A DNA stretch of 63,517 nucleotides, filler included, from Octopus bimaculoides (Eukaryota): the NCBI RefSeq assembly GCF_001194135.2. It is 5 parts of 4 records of this genome, joined end to end, with 100 filler letters (N's around TTAATTAATTAA, not from the genome) between each part and the next. Parts side by side here need not be neighbours in the genome. Positions count along the whole stretch, not along the records: positions 27,568 to 57,232 come from NC_068983.1; 4 more parts are not named here. One strand, 5' to 3'. The position numbers and the translations under genes were made by a program. Shown one piece after another: positions 39,974 through 53,513 of the stretch. Within the stretch, counting starts at the first letter, position 1. The number at the start of each line of letters is the position of its first letter. The notes under the pieces were generated by a model, which was not told the DNA's origin, did no database searches, and saw only the letters and a program-made list of their open reading frames with translations.

Positions 39974-41504
39974 TATTAAATGTATTCCATTTTCCTTACG
40001 TTTCAATAGCATATCTTAATGGCAAAGATAAACATAACTGCTCGGAATCTTTCAAAGAACTGCCACATTGAAATTTTTAATGTAAACCCGTTATATTTGT
40101 CCTCACGAACCATTGAGGCAGAGACATGAATTTGTTTAATCACAGACCTACATACACACACACACACACGATACCAACACCCACAACACACACACTCACA
40201 AGCACACATACACTCATGGACACACAACTCACACTTACAAAGAAAAACACACGCACTCTTACATCCACCCTTGTGTGTATACCTGTGTGTGATTGTCCAC
40301 ATTTATTCTTCTAAATTGAATCCGGCGTTTGGTTCCGCGGCTAGGTGAAAGAATCTATTGAATAATATAATATAATAATTATGAAACGTAATATTGTAGT
40401 AAAGAAATAAATGGTGGGGAGGATGAGTCGGCAGAAGCGGTATATGGAGTGGATTAATGCTATACTATGTGTTTCAGTTATAGCTTTTCTACGTACATAG
40501 ATCAAATGCTACCATACTTTATACTAGTATGTTTATGTGTCGAGCTGACGAGGGGAGCTTGTGATGTTGTCATCCAACCCGCTAGAAATAACAACCAGGT
40601 CACTGTTCAATCAAATTCTTCCCTATAGTATAAATAAAAAATTGAATTGATGGGATGATATAGTCCGATATCAGCATGCTAGAAAGTATCAGCATGATAT
40701 ATGATAACAGCATGAACGTTTTTGATTTCTGTCCACTCGATCACATCTGATTTACTGTTAAATAATAACTACGACTACAGCATTAATGAGTCGACTAAGA
40801 CGGGTAACGTCTATTACTTTCAAGTTGATCACTGACAGTTGCCATTGTGCCTCATCGGAAAATAATTGATATCATCAAAAGAAAACAGTGTATTTAGAGA
40901 TCTGTGAAGCGTCCGGCGAAATGGATTGTGCATTTAGTTATTGTCTTTTTCTTAATGATTTTCAATCCTGTTGAAGTCAATAAAATAAGCAGCAGAGTAT
41001 AAATAATCACTCTTTTCTACCCCATAATTTCTGTGCTTTCGTAAGACATTTATACCATACCCCCCCACCCACCAAAAAAACAAGAACAAATATGATTTGG
41101 AGCGAGGTAATAATTCGATTTAGATTTTATTCAATCACACTCTCAATACTTTGAGAATGGTACATTGATTACATTAGTCCACCAGCAGTTGGTCCACACA
41201 TTCGAAATGGATATCCGCTTTCCTCCTCACCAATTATTTTCCTGTAGATCGTAAATTGCTTGAACCCTCTCTGCATTAATATTGCCATCTGGAGGTGCAG
41301 CCAAAGGTCATTCGCCATTCGCCGCCTTCCTGATTAATTTAATTATAATAATGAAAATGAGTTTTACTCCGAATCAAAACAATGTAAAAAGAAGCAAACT
41401 TAGAGGTATTCAGTTACCCTTTAAGTAATACGAACGATATAAACGTCACTATTATTACAATGGAATCTCACAGTGAAGTGATACAAATAGCAAGGAACCA
41501 ACTT

Positions 41505-41669
41505 AGGCGTAGTTGTGTGGTAAGAAGTTTGCTTCACAACCACATTGTCTTGGGTTCAGTCCCACTCCGTGGCACCTTGGGCAAGTGTCGGCTACTATTC
41601 TACTATATCCTCGGTCCGACCAAAGCTTTGCGACCGTCATGTGTATGTGTGTAGTATGTATGCATATAA

Positions 41670-41703
<34 letters not shown>

Positions 41704-42240
41704 TATATATATAATAATTTTCCAGAGGATGTAGCAACCGTTACCAATATAGCATAAGAACTTATGTCTCTTTTGAATATGAAAATTTAAAAGTTAAAAA
41801 CCTTATAATATATANNNNNNNNNNNNNNNNNNNNNNNNNNNNNNNNNNNNNNNNNNNNNNNNNNNNNNNATATATATACACACAATTATATATATATATA
41901 ATGGAAGAGAGTTAGGGGTTGAGGATTCAACCCACTAAGGGATAGTATCTATCCAATATACTGCTGGGAGGGTACCCAATTATTGTTACACTAGTGTTAT
42001 ACCAAGTGTAATAAGTGGGTGCGGGTAAAAGATATATATACAATGTAATCAGGCAGTGAAATGATAGAACAAACAAGGAACCTACTTAGGCGTGACCATG
42101 TGGTAAGAAGCTTGCTTCACATGGTCCTGGCTTCAGTCCCACTGCGTGGAACCTTGGGCAAGTGTCTTCTACTATAGCCCCGGGTCGATCAAAGCCTTGT
42201 GAGTAGATTTAGTAGATAGAAACTGAAAAAAGCCCGTTGT
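41505..42240 (+). mobile_element. Two SINE family B 5' halves (41505-41640, 42085-42240)
   Basis: GTGGTAAGAAG.TTGCTTCAC...TCAGTCCCACT.CGTGG.ACCTTGGGCAAGTGTC. Confidence 0.85.
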
Positions 42241-43371
42241 GTACAATATATGAAATACTCACCTTTAGGTAAGTGCATTACATGATGTGTAGAGCGGCGG
42301 AGATAACAACATCGGTAATTAAAAACGACACTTGACATTTTAAGTTCAGTCCTCCTGGGGAGTAATTATTAGTCATCCTTCAGAGTAATTATTAGTCAAA
42401 TCGATACAAAGTTTTGCTATCCTTCTCACGTTAGTTCTGAGTTCAAATGCATCTGGAGTTGAATTTATATTTCATTCCTCAATGGTTGAAAAATTTGCTA
42501 ATGAAATTTTGGGATCAATTTTATTGACTATACTTTTGCTTTATTAATTTATTATCCTGTCATGACTGTAAAGTTCACTTCGGACTTATTAGAAGCAGAC
42601 ACCAACTCTCAGATGTTTATAATATACGAAAAAAAAAAGACATTGATAACACTGACACTGCGAAGAACACATTAAGTTATAGCTTGGTACCTTTACAGTT
42701 TTTGCTCGAATTTCTCTAGCATAAGAAACAGTTGTATCTGTATATAACAATTGTAAAGTACTAAGAACCATTTAAATTCCTGATGCTCTTAGAGTATAAT
42801 AAATTTGGTCTGGTGACAAGATTAAAGCAAACATACTGTAGAATTATATGCGAATAGTAATATGTCGAATCAACGAGGCAGTTAACTTGATATGCAATAT
42901 ATGCATGTTGGCCAAACATAGCAATCAATGACAAAGTCCCTACACGGTCATTGAAACTGCTGGTAATAGCATCAACATCTATTCTAAATTACACTCTTTC
43001 ATAAACAAGAAGGCAGATATTTGACAAAATAGCCTTTAATACATTATGCTGGAATAGAAGACGGAGTAGCCATTTCATCATAAATTTGGTTGATGGTGAC
43101 TGTCGTGGGGGCAAACGACAAAAACAATGTGACAATAAGCTGGCAAGACAAGTACACAATTTCATCTATTTCATCTCGTTACACTATGTTCTTGTTAATA
43201 TATATGCATTTGTGTTTGATAAACATAGTTCAGCTAACTCAATAGTTTTGTTACAAACTCATAATTTACTATTTGGATCATAATTGTCTCGAGTCACACT
43301 TTTGAATATATATCATTTTCTTTGTTACTTATAGATGCATACATAGAAATACATATGTCTCTTTGTCTATA

Positions 43372-43438
<67 letters not shown>

Positions 43439-43789
43439 TTGTGTTGTGTGGTGGCGGACTGGCTAAAAACATTACAGCTTTAGAGTATTCCGGCTCCTTG
43501 CATTCTGAGTTCAAAACCGTCCGTGGCCTATTTGGCCTACTTCGGTTTATTGACCTTTTCATTCGGCTGCTATAACACTACTAGCTGGTACCTGAGAAAT
43601 GTTTATGGAGTCCACTGTTTTGCAAGCATTTGAATGTAGTCTCAATTTGAGGAAAGTTTCCTACCACCCTCCAGCAAATGCCTCTTTCTCCTGGCTAAAA
43701 TACAAAACATGTTAGAACGCTTGCTACATGTACACCAATACAGTCTTTTATATTATTACAAGGTTACATCACCAATGACTAAACCGGTC

Positions 43790-44190
43790 AATATATCCAA
43801 AATAGATAAAGAGGAAAATACAGGCAGTGGAAACAAAATACTATCGCAGCATCTAAGGCATTTTGTACTTGGGATATTTAATCAATGAGTGAGTTCGCGA
43901 AACCACCCTTCATTACAATGGCTCTATGAAGACCTTATATTGGTGAAATAAAGAAAACGAGACCGGTATAGTTATAAAACAAGATCCAATGTAATTTCAG
44001 AACGATTCTTTAAAGAACGAGGAAAGCGAAAGAAGGAGAGGAAGAGAGAGAGGAAAGATGGACAGGCAGCATGAAAAACAAATGCACAGGCAAACTTTTT
44101 ACGAGATGCAATCTCTGACACAGGCGCGACAGATAGAGAAAACTGGTTTTCGATTTGTCACAACCGGCCCACTACGACAACTTCGTAAAT
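43790..44190 (+). mobile_element. Old RTE-clade LINE 3' fragment
   Basis: Broken frames read RKIQAVETKYYRSI*GIL, EDLILVK, GK..GRRGREREERW...RENWFSIC...GPLRQLRKSRA. This resembles RTE C-termini. Confidence 0.6.
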
Positions 44191-44284
44191 CGAGGGCTTG
44201 ATACAAACGATATAACGAAATATCGTTGAAGAGCTTAGTTTCATATACCAAAGAAAAATAATGAAACTAGAGATGGCGTACATA

Positions 44285-44318
<34 letters not shown>

Positions 44319-46311
44319 AATCACAATTCATTTTGCTTTACGGTTACTTAGTTAATGGTCTTTTAAAATTCATATCACTTTTGCTGAAAAAATTCATATG
44401 GATAATTTCAGTTACAAACATCTAATTCAATGTAGACAAGAATAATCTGAAATATGAGAGGTTTCTAGAAATGACAATTATCTATGATCAATGCCAAAAA
44501 TCTAACTTCATAATGTTATGTCTCTATTCTTGGAATACGTACGTCTCGTAAAGAATAAATAATGGCTGATTGAATATTTATATATCGGTGGATGTATATT
44601 TATATATGCGAATGCTTCCACGCCTAAGATTGATCACCTATATTTATGTTTTCAGTTTGCCTTTTTTTTCTTTGATTCGATGAAAGTAGACAAAAGGGAA
44701 AAATCCGTCTCTATGATTGTTTCTCTGTAATTGCGTGTGTTTGCGTGTGTGAGTGTGTTGTATGTGATGCACCTAAGCGCATGACTTTGTTGTTGAGCAT
44801 ACAAATAATATGATTTCAATTTGTAACTGTTTGTGATGCTCAGGTGTATTAGAGTTGCTGAGTGTCTTTCTATGTGTGAAAGTTTCAGCATTGCTTAACA
44901 CCACTTTTGCAAAATACGTCTCACCGATATATTCGTAACATTTTTACTCTCTTTAGGGTGAAGTATCCTGTTTTATAAAGTTTTTTGGAGGAAACAAAAT
45001 ATAAAGCAATTAATTATATTTTTGTTCAAGCCTTCATACATTCACAATCATTTTGACGGATTGGGAGCATATTTAATATTAAAAAAACTCCACAAAACAC
45101 AGACATGCTTTCCTTTCTCATAAAATGATTGATACTAAGAATTTACAGCAGATAAATTACACAAATTATTTTTTGCTGCTGATATTAAACAACAGGAAAT
45201 CCGGATTACGAATTACGATGTGTTTTTCACCAGTTTCCATAGTCTAAACTATTTTTACTGCCAAAATTTATATGTTGATATATTTTTTGTAAAAGAACCA
45301 ATAAAACTAACTGGAAACATGTCCACCCAAACCAAAGAGATGCATTAATAAATTATCTTTGTTAATGATTTTGCATAAAAAAAATAATGAAAAAAGAGAT
45401 TAATCCTAGCTAGGATTTTGCAGGAGACTGTATTAAATATTAACAGACACTCACGAGAGCCTATAGTCAAAAAATAATTTTCACTATGAATATCACAGAA
45501 CCAGTCTTAAAAAGTAAATAAAATTTTAATGGAAAATATTTCTTCCTGCCAAAATTGATATCATTGAAATGTTTTGCCCTGCAGTGTTAACTGGAGTAAA
45601 GAAATTTCTGTGTGTATGAGACGCTTTAACCAAAGATTAAGAAAAACACTTATGGAATAAAGAACTCAATACATTTTTACAAAGGCCCACACTCACGTAG
45701 GTAATAGAACTTTTAGAGTCATCCACCTCTCTCCAGTGCTAGTCACAAAGTCGTAAGAATTCATGTCTTGGTACGAACGTGTATATATAGTTCAATTCAA
45801 TTCAATAGATGTATGTATGTATGTATGTATGTATGTATGTATGTATGTATGTATGTATGTATGCATGTATGCATGTGTGTGTCATAATACACACACATGC
45901 ATTTGTGTGTGTGTACATAGATATCGTTTGTATTATTGGAAGTTTTACCAGTACTAACCCATTCCTCCCGTGGCCATACAAGGCAACATGCCATCACTTT
46001 GTGAAAGTAAATCTGTGTATTTAAGTAACTGGCTATCAATGGAGTTGGGAAATTAAAAACCATAACATCCGCTTGATTTAACAACATCCACGTGCGGAAT
46101 GCGCTTGAATAAAATTGGAATTACGTACTTAAACAGCACCCACCCTACCTCTCCTTCGCAGAAATATTATTAACCCTGATTTCGACTAAAATGTAAGACT
46201 CACTATACCTTACCTCTATTCTCACACCACTATATGCATTCTTTTACATTAGTATATTCTCCACCTGCGATACCTTTATCTTTCACACCATGCAATTAAG
46301 CAGACTTCTCA

Positions 46312-46365
46312 GCATTCTGAAGAGATCTGCCAATTAAATTGGCAAATCGAAACGATCGTAAATGT
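46312..46365 (+). ncRNA. Type I hammerhead ribozyme motif with complete catalytic core
   Basis: Stem I (G)CATT/AATG(T). Core CTGAAGA 46317-46323. Stem II GATCTGCCAAT/ATTGGCAAATC (10 of 11 pairs). GAA 46349-46351. Palindromic stem III ACGATCGT 46352-46359. GUA cleavage triplet after 46360. Confidence 0.75.
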
Positions 46366-46626
46366 AACATTACATCATCTCTACCTAACTGATTAAATTA
46401 ATAGCTAAGTAGCGCAATCGACCTGCTTCTTCCTGTGTTTGTTTCTCCATTCTCCACATGACTATACTTATAAACTACGGTTTACACGATAAATTACCTG
46501 CCTCTAGATACCTTCTAACAAAGACGGTACCCACACAAGTAATCTCCAGGAGCGCCTTCAGATTTAATTATCCCTTAGTTGCTTAAACACTTCTAGCCTA
46601 CCACTTGAATGTTTAAACAATCCTAA

Positions 46627-46668
<42 letters not shown>

Positions 46669-46669
46669 A

Positions 46670-46890
46670 ATGTATGTGGGTGTTCGTGTTTGTATTCCCC
46701 CACCGCTTGACAACTGGTGCTGGTGTGTTTACGTCTACGTACACCAGCAGTTCGTCAAAAGTAACCGAAATAATAAGTTCTAAGCTTAAAAAGAATAAGT
46801 CCTGTGGTCAATTTGATCAACTAAAACACTTCAAGGCGTTACCCCAGCATGGCCCCAGTCAAATGACTAAAACAAGTAAAAGATAAAAGA
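46670..46890 (+). mobile_element. SINE family B, 3' half
   Basis: CCCCCACCGCTTGACAACTGGTGCTGGTGTGTTTACGTC...CAGCATGGCCCCAGTCAAATGACT. Confidence 0.85.
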
Positions 46891-48188
46891 AACCAAACTA
46901 TTTTTGTTTTCCAATTTTTTGAAAATATGAGAAAAAAATCCCCGAGGAACTTAAACGCAAAAGTATTTTCAATTTAAGCGACTCGATGCGAAATTGCACT
47001 CCTACAAAATTCATGAATTATCATATCACTCAACATTGTTAAGGACACTAAAGTTTCAAAATAGATGGACATCGGAAATGATAAAGGAAGTCACTGTACT
47101 ACATTATATATATGCGTAGACACGGAATAATATTAAATTTACCTTTACAAAGTACGGGGTTCTAAGATGCGAGAAAATGCTGATGAATTGAAAATTTACC
47201 AATGTCCTCAGTACAATCAAAAATAAAAATCCCTTGCTACTGTAAATTTACCTGTATAGCGCAGGTATTGTAATCTATCGGACTTGGGTCTCGGAGATAT
47301 TTCTATGTCGGTTGCCTTGCAATAATATCAGTAAACACTGGTGCTGATTTGCGTAGATTATCGTTCCAATGTTGCTCTCTCATTAATGGAGCACAACTGA
47401 TAAACCATAAATAACATATAACATTTTGTTAAATATCTGAACAACTACGATGACCCCCCCCCCCGGTGTCTGAATCTCTACTTCATGTAACATTAACATC
47501 TTCTAAACTTCAGTTTGTACCAGAATACATAAACGAATTGGAAGTTATTGTCAACAACCAAATATCTTAGCAGATTACAATTAACTGAAATCATTATATT
47601 ACAAAAAGTCTTGCCTTTGGGTTAGTGCAGCCTTTAATTCTGTATTCAAAGAAATCAAGTAGCAGACGATAGCTACCGCAGAAAATATCAAACAACATAT
47701 TCATCAGCTATTCACCCACGTTCATGACCAGCCACATTCAGTTGGTTATAAACAGCGTAGAACAGCCTAAAGCATTTCAGTAATTTTCAAGCTACAAACA
47801 TGTTACTAAGTAATAGTAACCAGGTATACCTGATTTATACACAATACGATTTAATGTAAAAGAGAGTCTGCTTCTCCATAGCAGTAATACCGCATATAAA
47901 TGACATGATAGACAGCATATAATAATAATTCATGGATAGGATTTCTAAATATTTTATTGGATCGCTACGCGCATTTCCACATATCACATGCTTCTATATT
48001 TCTTCCGATCATAGCCCGTATTCCTGGGATGAATAAAGTACAGATCATGGACATAAGGTGGATCGAATTCATATGATCATTTCCTAATGCATGGAAATGA
48101 ATCCTGCATTATATCAGCACATCTCGGTACAACGTCATAAAACTGCTATTGCTATTTGCTATCATTAGATTGTAGCCGATGTAATAAA

Positions 48189-48221
<33 letters not shown>

Positions 48222-48289
48222 CGTGTGTGTGTGTGTGTATAGGCAGTTATGCGGATAAATAAATTAGACACATTTAATATATTAAATAT

Positions 48290-48540
48290 TTCGTTTTGGG
48301 ATTTAGTTTGCAAGATTCTTTATGTGAGTTCATTTGTTGAAGCATATTCTGTCGTGTCTGGGGAGAGTCATAAAATTTTCGTTGCGTCTTGCAACGTTTT
48401 CCTGAAAACGTTGCAAGACGCAACGAAAATTTCAGGAAAATAAAAATAAGGAATAAGTGGAAATTTTACCAGTGAGTGTGTTAAATTATAAGGCATAAAA
48501 AGAAAATGACTTTCCCCAGACACGACAGAATATATTAAAT
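48290..48540. repeat. Fold-back (tail-to-tail inverted) pair of a short repeat
   Basis: Perfect 29-bp arms at 48373-48401 and 48404-48432. Outer 28-bp inverted repeat at 48344-48371 and 48506-48533 (1 mismatch). Confidence 0.9.
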
Positions 48541-48822
48541 ATAATACATATAATAATTTGGGTATGGAATACAAAATATGTATATACGTTTACATGCAAA
48601 ATACCATGAGCGTTGCATAAATAACACCATGCAAAGAGTGAGACCAACAAATTAGCTGCTACGCAGTCCTTTGACCACTTGCAAATAACAGGCAATGATG
48701 TTGGGGCAAAATATCAAGAATGATGTTGGCACAAACCGAAAAGAAATACTACAGTGAAAGAACAACAATAATAGCCATGACAGTAAAAAAATAGTAGTAG
48801 TAGTAGTAGTAGTTGTGATAGT

Positions 48823-48863
<41 letters not shown>

Positions 48864-49901
48864 TAGTAGTAGTTGTAGTAGCGATGGTGATAAGAAGATC
48901 AAAAGAACGAGGGAAGGAAGTAGTAAAAAAAGAATGAAAAGGGAAGATGGGTAGAAAAATATTAAAAACAGAAGCAGATGAAGAAGATGGAGGAGGAGGA
49001 AGAGGAGGGGAGAAAGTGGTCGTGATGGTGGAAGAGGAGGAGAAGAAGAAGACAAAGAAGTGAATGAAGAAGAAGAGGGAGAGGAATCGAGTAGGAGGAG
49101 AAAGATGAAAAGGAGGGAGAAAATGGCGACGAAGAAAATAAATAGATTATGAATTGACTTAAAAAAAGTCATAGAGATATAATAAAATTATTTCGTTGAC
49201 AGAAAAAAGTAGTTAATTATACCACGAATATATTCAATAATGGCTAAAATCAGTGCATTGTGCACGAATATAACAATATCGCTCCAACACCTCATTTAAG
49301 ATTTTAAAAATGTCACCAACTATGCCTGTTCGCAAACATAGTGCAAACATATATTGCACACATACACATGTATACACTAAGAAGCAGACACACAAAGAAA
49401 GACAAATAACTCACACACTATATAAACAGAATATTTATGAACCAAATCAAGTTTCATGCCAATAGATAAATATAGGAAAAAATACTGTAGATAGATGGAC
49501 TGATAGATATTGATATTTTATATACAGTCAACGTACTACACCTGTTTTTAATATATTAGATTGGTGATTAATCATCGCGGCTTTTTTTTCAATAAATATA
49601 ACAACATTTAACAAAAACATCTTTGAATGATTATTTCGACCAACTGACAAGCAAATGGGAAGCAGTAATTGAAGTAGATGGTGAATATGCTCCAGAATAA
49701 TCATTTAAAGATGTTTTTGTTCAATGTTGTTATTGTTTTTGTTGAATAAAATTTATTGAAAAAAGCCGCAATAATTATGCACCATCCTAATATTTCGTTG
49801 CTATTATGCAAAAGCGTAGTAAGTCCAAATGGTGCATTTTTGGAAGACAAAAAAGTAGTTTCAGCATTCCATAGCCAAACCGTTATAGTACACTTTGACA
49901 G

Positions 49902-50011
49902 TGTTTAGTATCATGGCACCTGAATCAGCTGGAGATACGATACTTAGACCAAAGGAACCGGTTTTTGCAAGCAAAAATACAGAAAGAAAACGCATTTGGC
50001 CAAATTTGGAG
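49902..50011 (+). CDS. Candidate coding exon: (VFSI)MAPESAGDTILRPKEPVFASKNTERKRIWPNLE
   Basis: ATG at 49913 in a good context (ATCATGG), 33 open codons, strong GAG|GTAAGA donor at 50012. Possible acceptors end at 49901 or 49908. No homolog recognised. Confidence 0.35.
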
Positions 50012-50084
50012 GTAAGACAGTTTAACATTATAACAACTATTTATATATAATGTCTATTTAAGTATATATGTCTATTCTCTTTAT

Positions 50085-50280
50085 CCTTCACTTGTTTCAG
50101 TTATCAGGCTACGGCCATGCTGGGGCACCGCCTTCAGGAAGTTTTACTCGAATGAATCGACACCAGTATTTTTGTAAATATGGTACTTGTTCTTTTGCCG
50201 AACCATTAAGTTACGGGGAGATAAACACACCAATACCGTTTGTCAAGCGGTGGTAAGGGGACAAACACCGACACAAAGAC
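50085..50280 (-). mobile_element. SINE family B, 3' half
   Basis: CGGCCATGCTGGGGCACC...TTTTGCCGAACC.TTAAGTTACGGGGA...TGTCAAGCGGTGG. Confidence 0.85.
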
Positions 50281-50560
50281 ATACACACAAATACACACAC
50301 ACAAACGTATATATATATATATATATATATATATATNNNNNNNNNNNNNNNNNNNNNNNNNNNNNNNNNNNNNNNNNNNNNNNNNNNNNNNNNNNNNNNN
50401 NNNNNNNNNNNNNNNNNNNNNNNNNNNNNNNNNNNNNNNNNNNNNNNNNNNNNNNNNNNNNNNNNNNNNNNNNNNNNNNNNNNNNNNNNNNNNNNNNNNN
50501 NNNNNNNNNNNNNNNNNNNNNNNNNNNNNNNNNNNNNNNNNNNNNNNNNNNNNNNNNNNN

Positions 50561-50605
<45 letters not shown>

Positions 50606-50913
50606 GTATGTATGTATGTATGTATGTATGTATGTATGTATGTATCTATCTATCTATCTATCTATCGTAAAGTACATGATAAATGTATAAAGAGGCAGAC
50701 AATTGGTATGATGTCATATTATGATATCTATATATTGAAAAATTGACGCGATATGAGATTAGAATCCAATGTTAAAGGGGTGTAAACCACAAGCGGTCTT
50801 TTATCGACCTCTTGTGATATGTACTCCAGTAACATTCAGTTGCATCTTCATGTTATCATAATATAAATAGCATATATCATTATATAAATATCATAATCTA
50901 AACTAAATGACAG

Positions 50914-50946
<33 letters not shown>

Positions 50947-50951
50947 TATAT

Positions 50952-51029
<78 letters not shown>

Positions 51030-51042
<13 letters not shown>

Positions 51043-52720
51043 AAACGGAGATAGAAAAATATCTCGGGATTAACGGTTTCACATGTTGATATGACTGGAA
51101 GGAAGAGGTCGACGAAAGGGGGGATAATAGGGAAACGGCTGAACATGGGTGTGCAAGCGCGCATGTGTATTTGTGGATGGTATGTGTGAGTGTATATGTG
51201 CGTATGTATGTGTCGGCGAGCATCAAATTATGTGAGCCTGTGTGTGCTATAGGAGCGTGTGTATGTATGTGCATAAGTAAACAAGTATGAGCGCTGTGTG
51301 GAGTGATGTGTATTCCCTGTATTTATGTGTGTGTATGGATGTGTGTATATGTATGGGAGTGTGAGAGGCTGTGTACAGAATATGTGCGTGGGGCTATGAT
51401 ATGTGTGTTTGTGTGCAAACGCATGTGTGTAGCAGCTAATGTGTACATGTACGAGTAGCATGTGTGCGTGTATGTGTATGTGTGTGTATTTATGCTTGTG
51501 TTGTGTATGTGAGTGGAGGCGCAATGGCCCAGTGGTTAGGGCAGCGGACTCGCGGTCATAGGATCGTGGTTTCGACTCCCAGACCGGGCGTTGTGAGTGT
51601 TTATTGAGCAAAAACACCTAAAGCTCCACGAGGCTCCGGCAGGGGATGGTGGCCAACTCTGCTGTACTCTTTCACCACAACTTTCTCTCACTCTTTCTTC
51701 CTGTTTCTGTTGTACCTGTATTTCAAAGGGCCAGCCTTGTCACGCTGTGTCACGCTGAATATCCCCAAGAACTACATTAAGGGTACACGTGTCTGTGGAG
51801 TGCTCAGCCACTTGCATGTTAATTTCACGAGCAGGCTGTTCCGTTGATTGAATCAACTGGAACCCTCGATGTCGTAACCGACGGAATGCCAACAACACAT
51901 GTGTATGTGAGTATTTGTACATCGAGTGTGTGAGTGACATTAGTGTGCATGTGTATTGTGTGTGTTTGTGCGCGAAAATTGTATGTGTTTATGAGTGCTC
52001 AGTGCGGGTGTATTATGTATGTTTATTTGTGAATATTGTGTAAGTAAATGCGTATGCATATGAACGAGAGCATAGAATGTTACCAGTTCGTCTCTGTGTG
52101 TGAATGGGGCTGTCGGATAAAGTGTGGGTGTATATGGTGTTGATGTGTGTGATGTTCCATGTTTGTGCTTATGTGTATGTGTTAGGGTGCATGTATATTT
52201 GTTGATGTGTGTGAAATCATCCGGCGATATGTGTGCTGTAGGGGCATGCATGGAGGGCGAGTTGGGATAGAGGTGACAAGAGTTATGGGTGGGAGGTGTT
52301 GGACTCTAGTGTGGTTGGAGTGAGAAAGTGTGTGTGTGTATAAGTGCTTGCATAATGGTGTGTGTGGTGAGGAGAGTGGAGGAGGGGGTATTGGAACGCT
52401 GGAGACGTGTGTGAATATGTGTAGGTGTGAATTTAGCTGAAGACAGGCTATTAGGAGCACAGGAACGAAAAGAGAAAAATCAAATTCCTGCTCTCGGCGA
52501 AGGCAGGAGTCCCGGTAGCTTTGTGCAACGACAGTGCGAATCACAATCAAATGTCCAGTCGAGCAGAAGTGGCACGAGACCAGGGTGTCATTGCCGAGTC
52601 TGATCTCCCGGGATACGTTCGGCGATCCGGTCGGCTGAACGGTGTCCTGTTTGACCAATGTACAGGGAAACACAGAAAGGAAAGGAGGTACAGTAGATAA
52701 CATTTCTGGAGGTGCAGGTG
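51030..52720 (-). mobile_element. Penelope-like element 3' fragment (GIY-YIG end plus CA-rich 3' region)
   Basis: CTSRNVIYCTSFPFCVSLYIGQTGHRSADRIAE / IRLGNDTLVSCHFCSTGH / RDSCLRREQEFDFSL (GIY-YIG), followed by a long CA-rich tract. The left boundary is uncertain. Confidence 0.85.
51515..51899 (+). mobile_element. Full-length tRNA-derived SINE family C with 13-bp TSD
   Basis: A box TGGCCCAGTGG 51525-51535 and B box GGTTTCGACTCC 51568-51579. TSD TGTGTATGTGAGT at 51502-51514 and 51900-51912. Confidence 0.92.
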
Positions 52721-53107
52721 CATGAATCAGTGCGCGTATGTGTGTTTGTATTGGTATATGTACCTACAGACAATTGTTCATAAGTGTGACATGTTTTCAA
52801 TGGACGGGAAATAGACATTTTTATCGTTATATTATTATCATATCTCAACGGACAATTCTCAGCGACAGAGAAATATCACAGTTTCATATCGCCTCATGTA
52901 TAATAACAATAAGTCAGGAGAAAAGCAAAATTTATTCTTTAATCAATAGGAGAAACAAATTAAGATGATAGATAGACCGATATACTCTAAACATTCGGAC
53001 ATAATCTGTCCGTTACAGATATTCTGTAAACTGATATTTATCTCTTTTGCCTATTATCGAGATATACAGACAGATAGACACCCTCACGCACGCATATTAC
53101 ACACACA

Positions 53108-53175
<68 letters not shown>

Positions 53176-53396
53176 NNNNNNNNNNNNNNNNNNNNNNNNN
53201 NNNNNNNNNNNNNNNNNNNNNNNNNNNNNNNNNNNNNNNNNNNNNNNNNNNNNNNNNNNNNNNNNNNNNNNNNNNNNNNNNNNNNNNNNNNNNNNNNNNN
53301 NNNNNNNNNNNNNNNNNNNNNNNNNNNNNNNNNNNNNNNNNNNNNNNNNNNNNNNNNNNNNNNNNNNNNNNNNNNNNNNNNNNNNNNNNNNNNNNN

Positions 53397-53465
<69 letters not shown>

Positions 53466-53472
53466 GATACAC

Positions 53473-53513
<41 letters not shown>

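Noticed and set aside
44288-44316. Poly(A) as a retrocopy tail
   Set aside because: There is no TSD or identifiable upstream mRNA, and it lies about 100 nt beyond the RTE fragment.
51515-51590. tRNA gene
   Set aside because: The A/B boxes continue into a ~300-bp SINE body with a TSD, and there is no complete acceptor stem.
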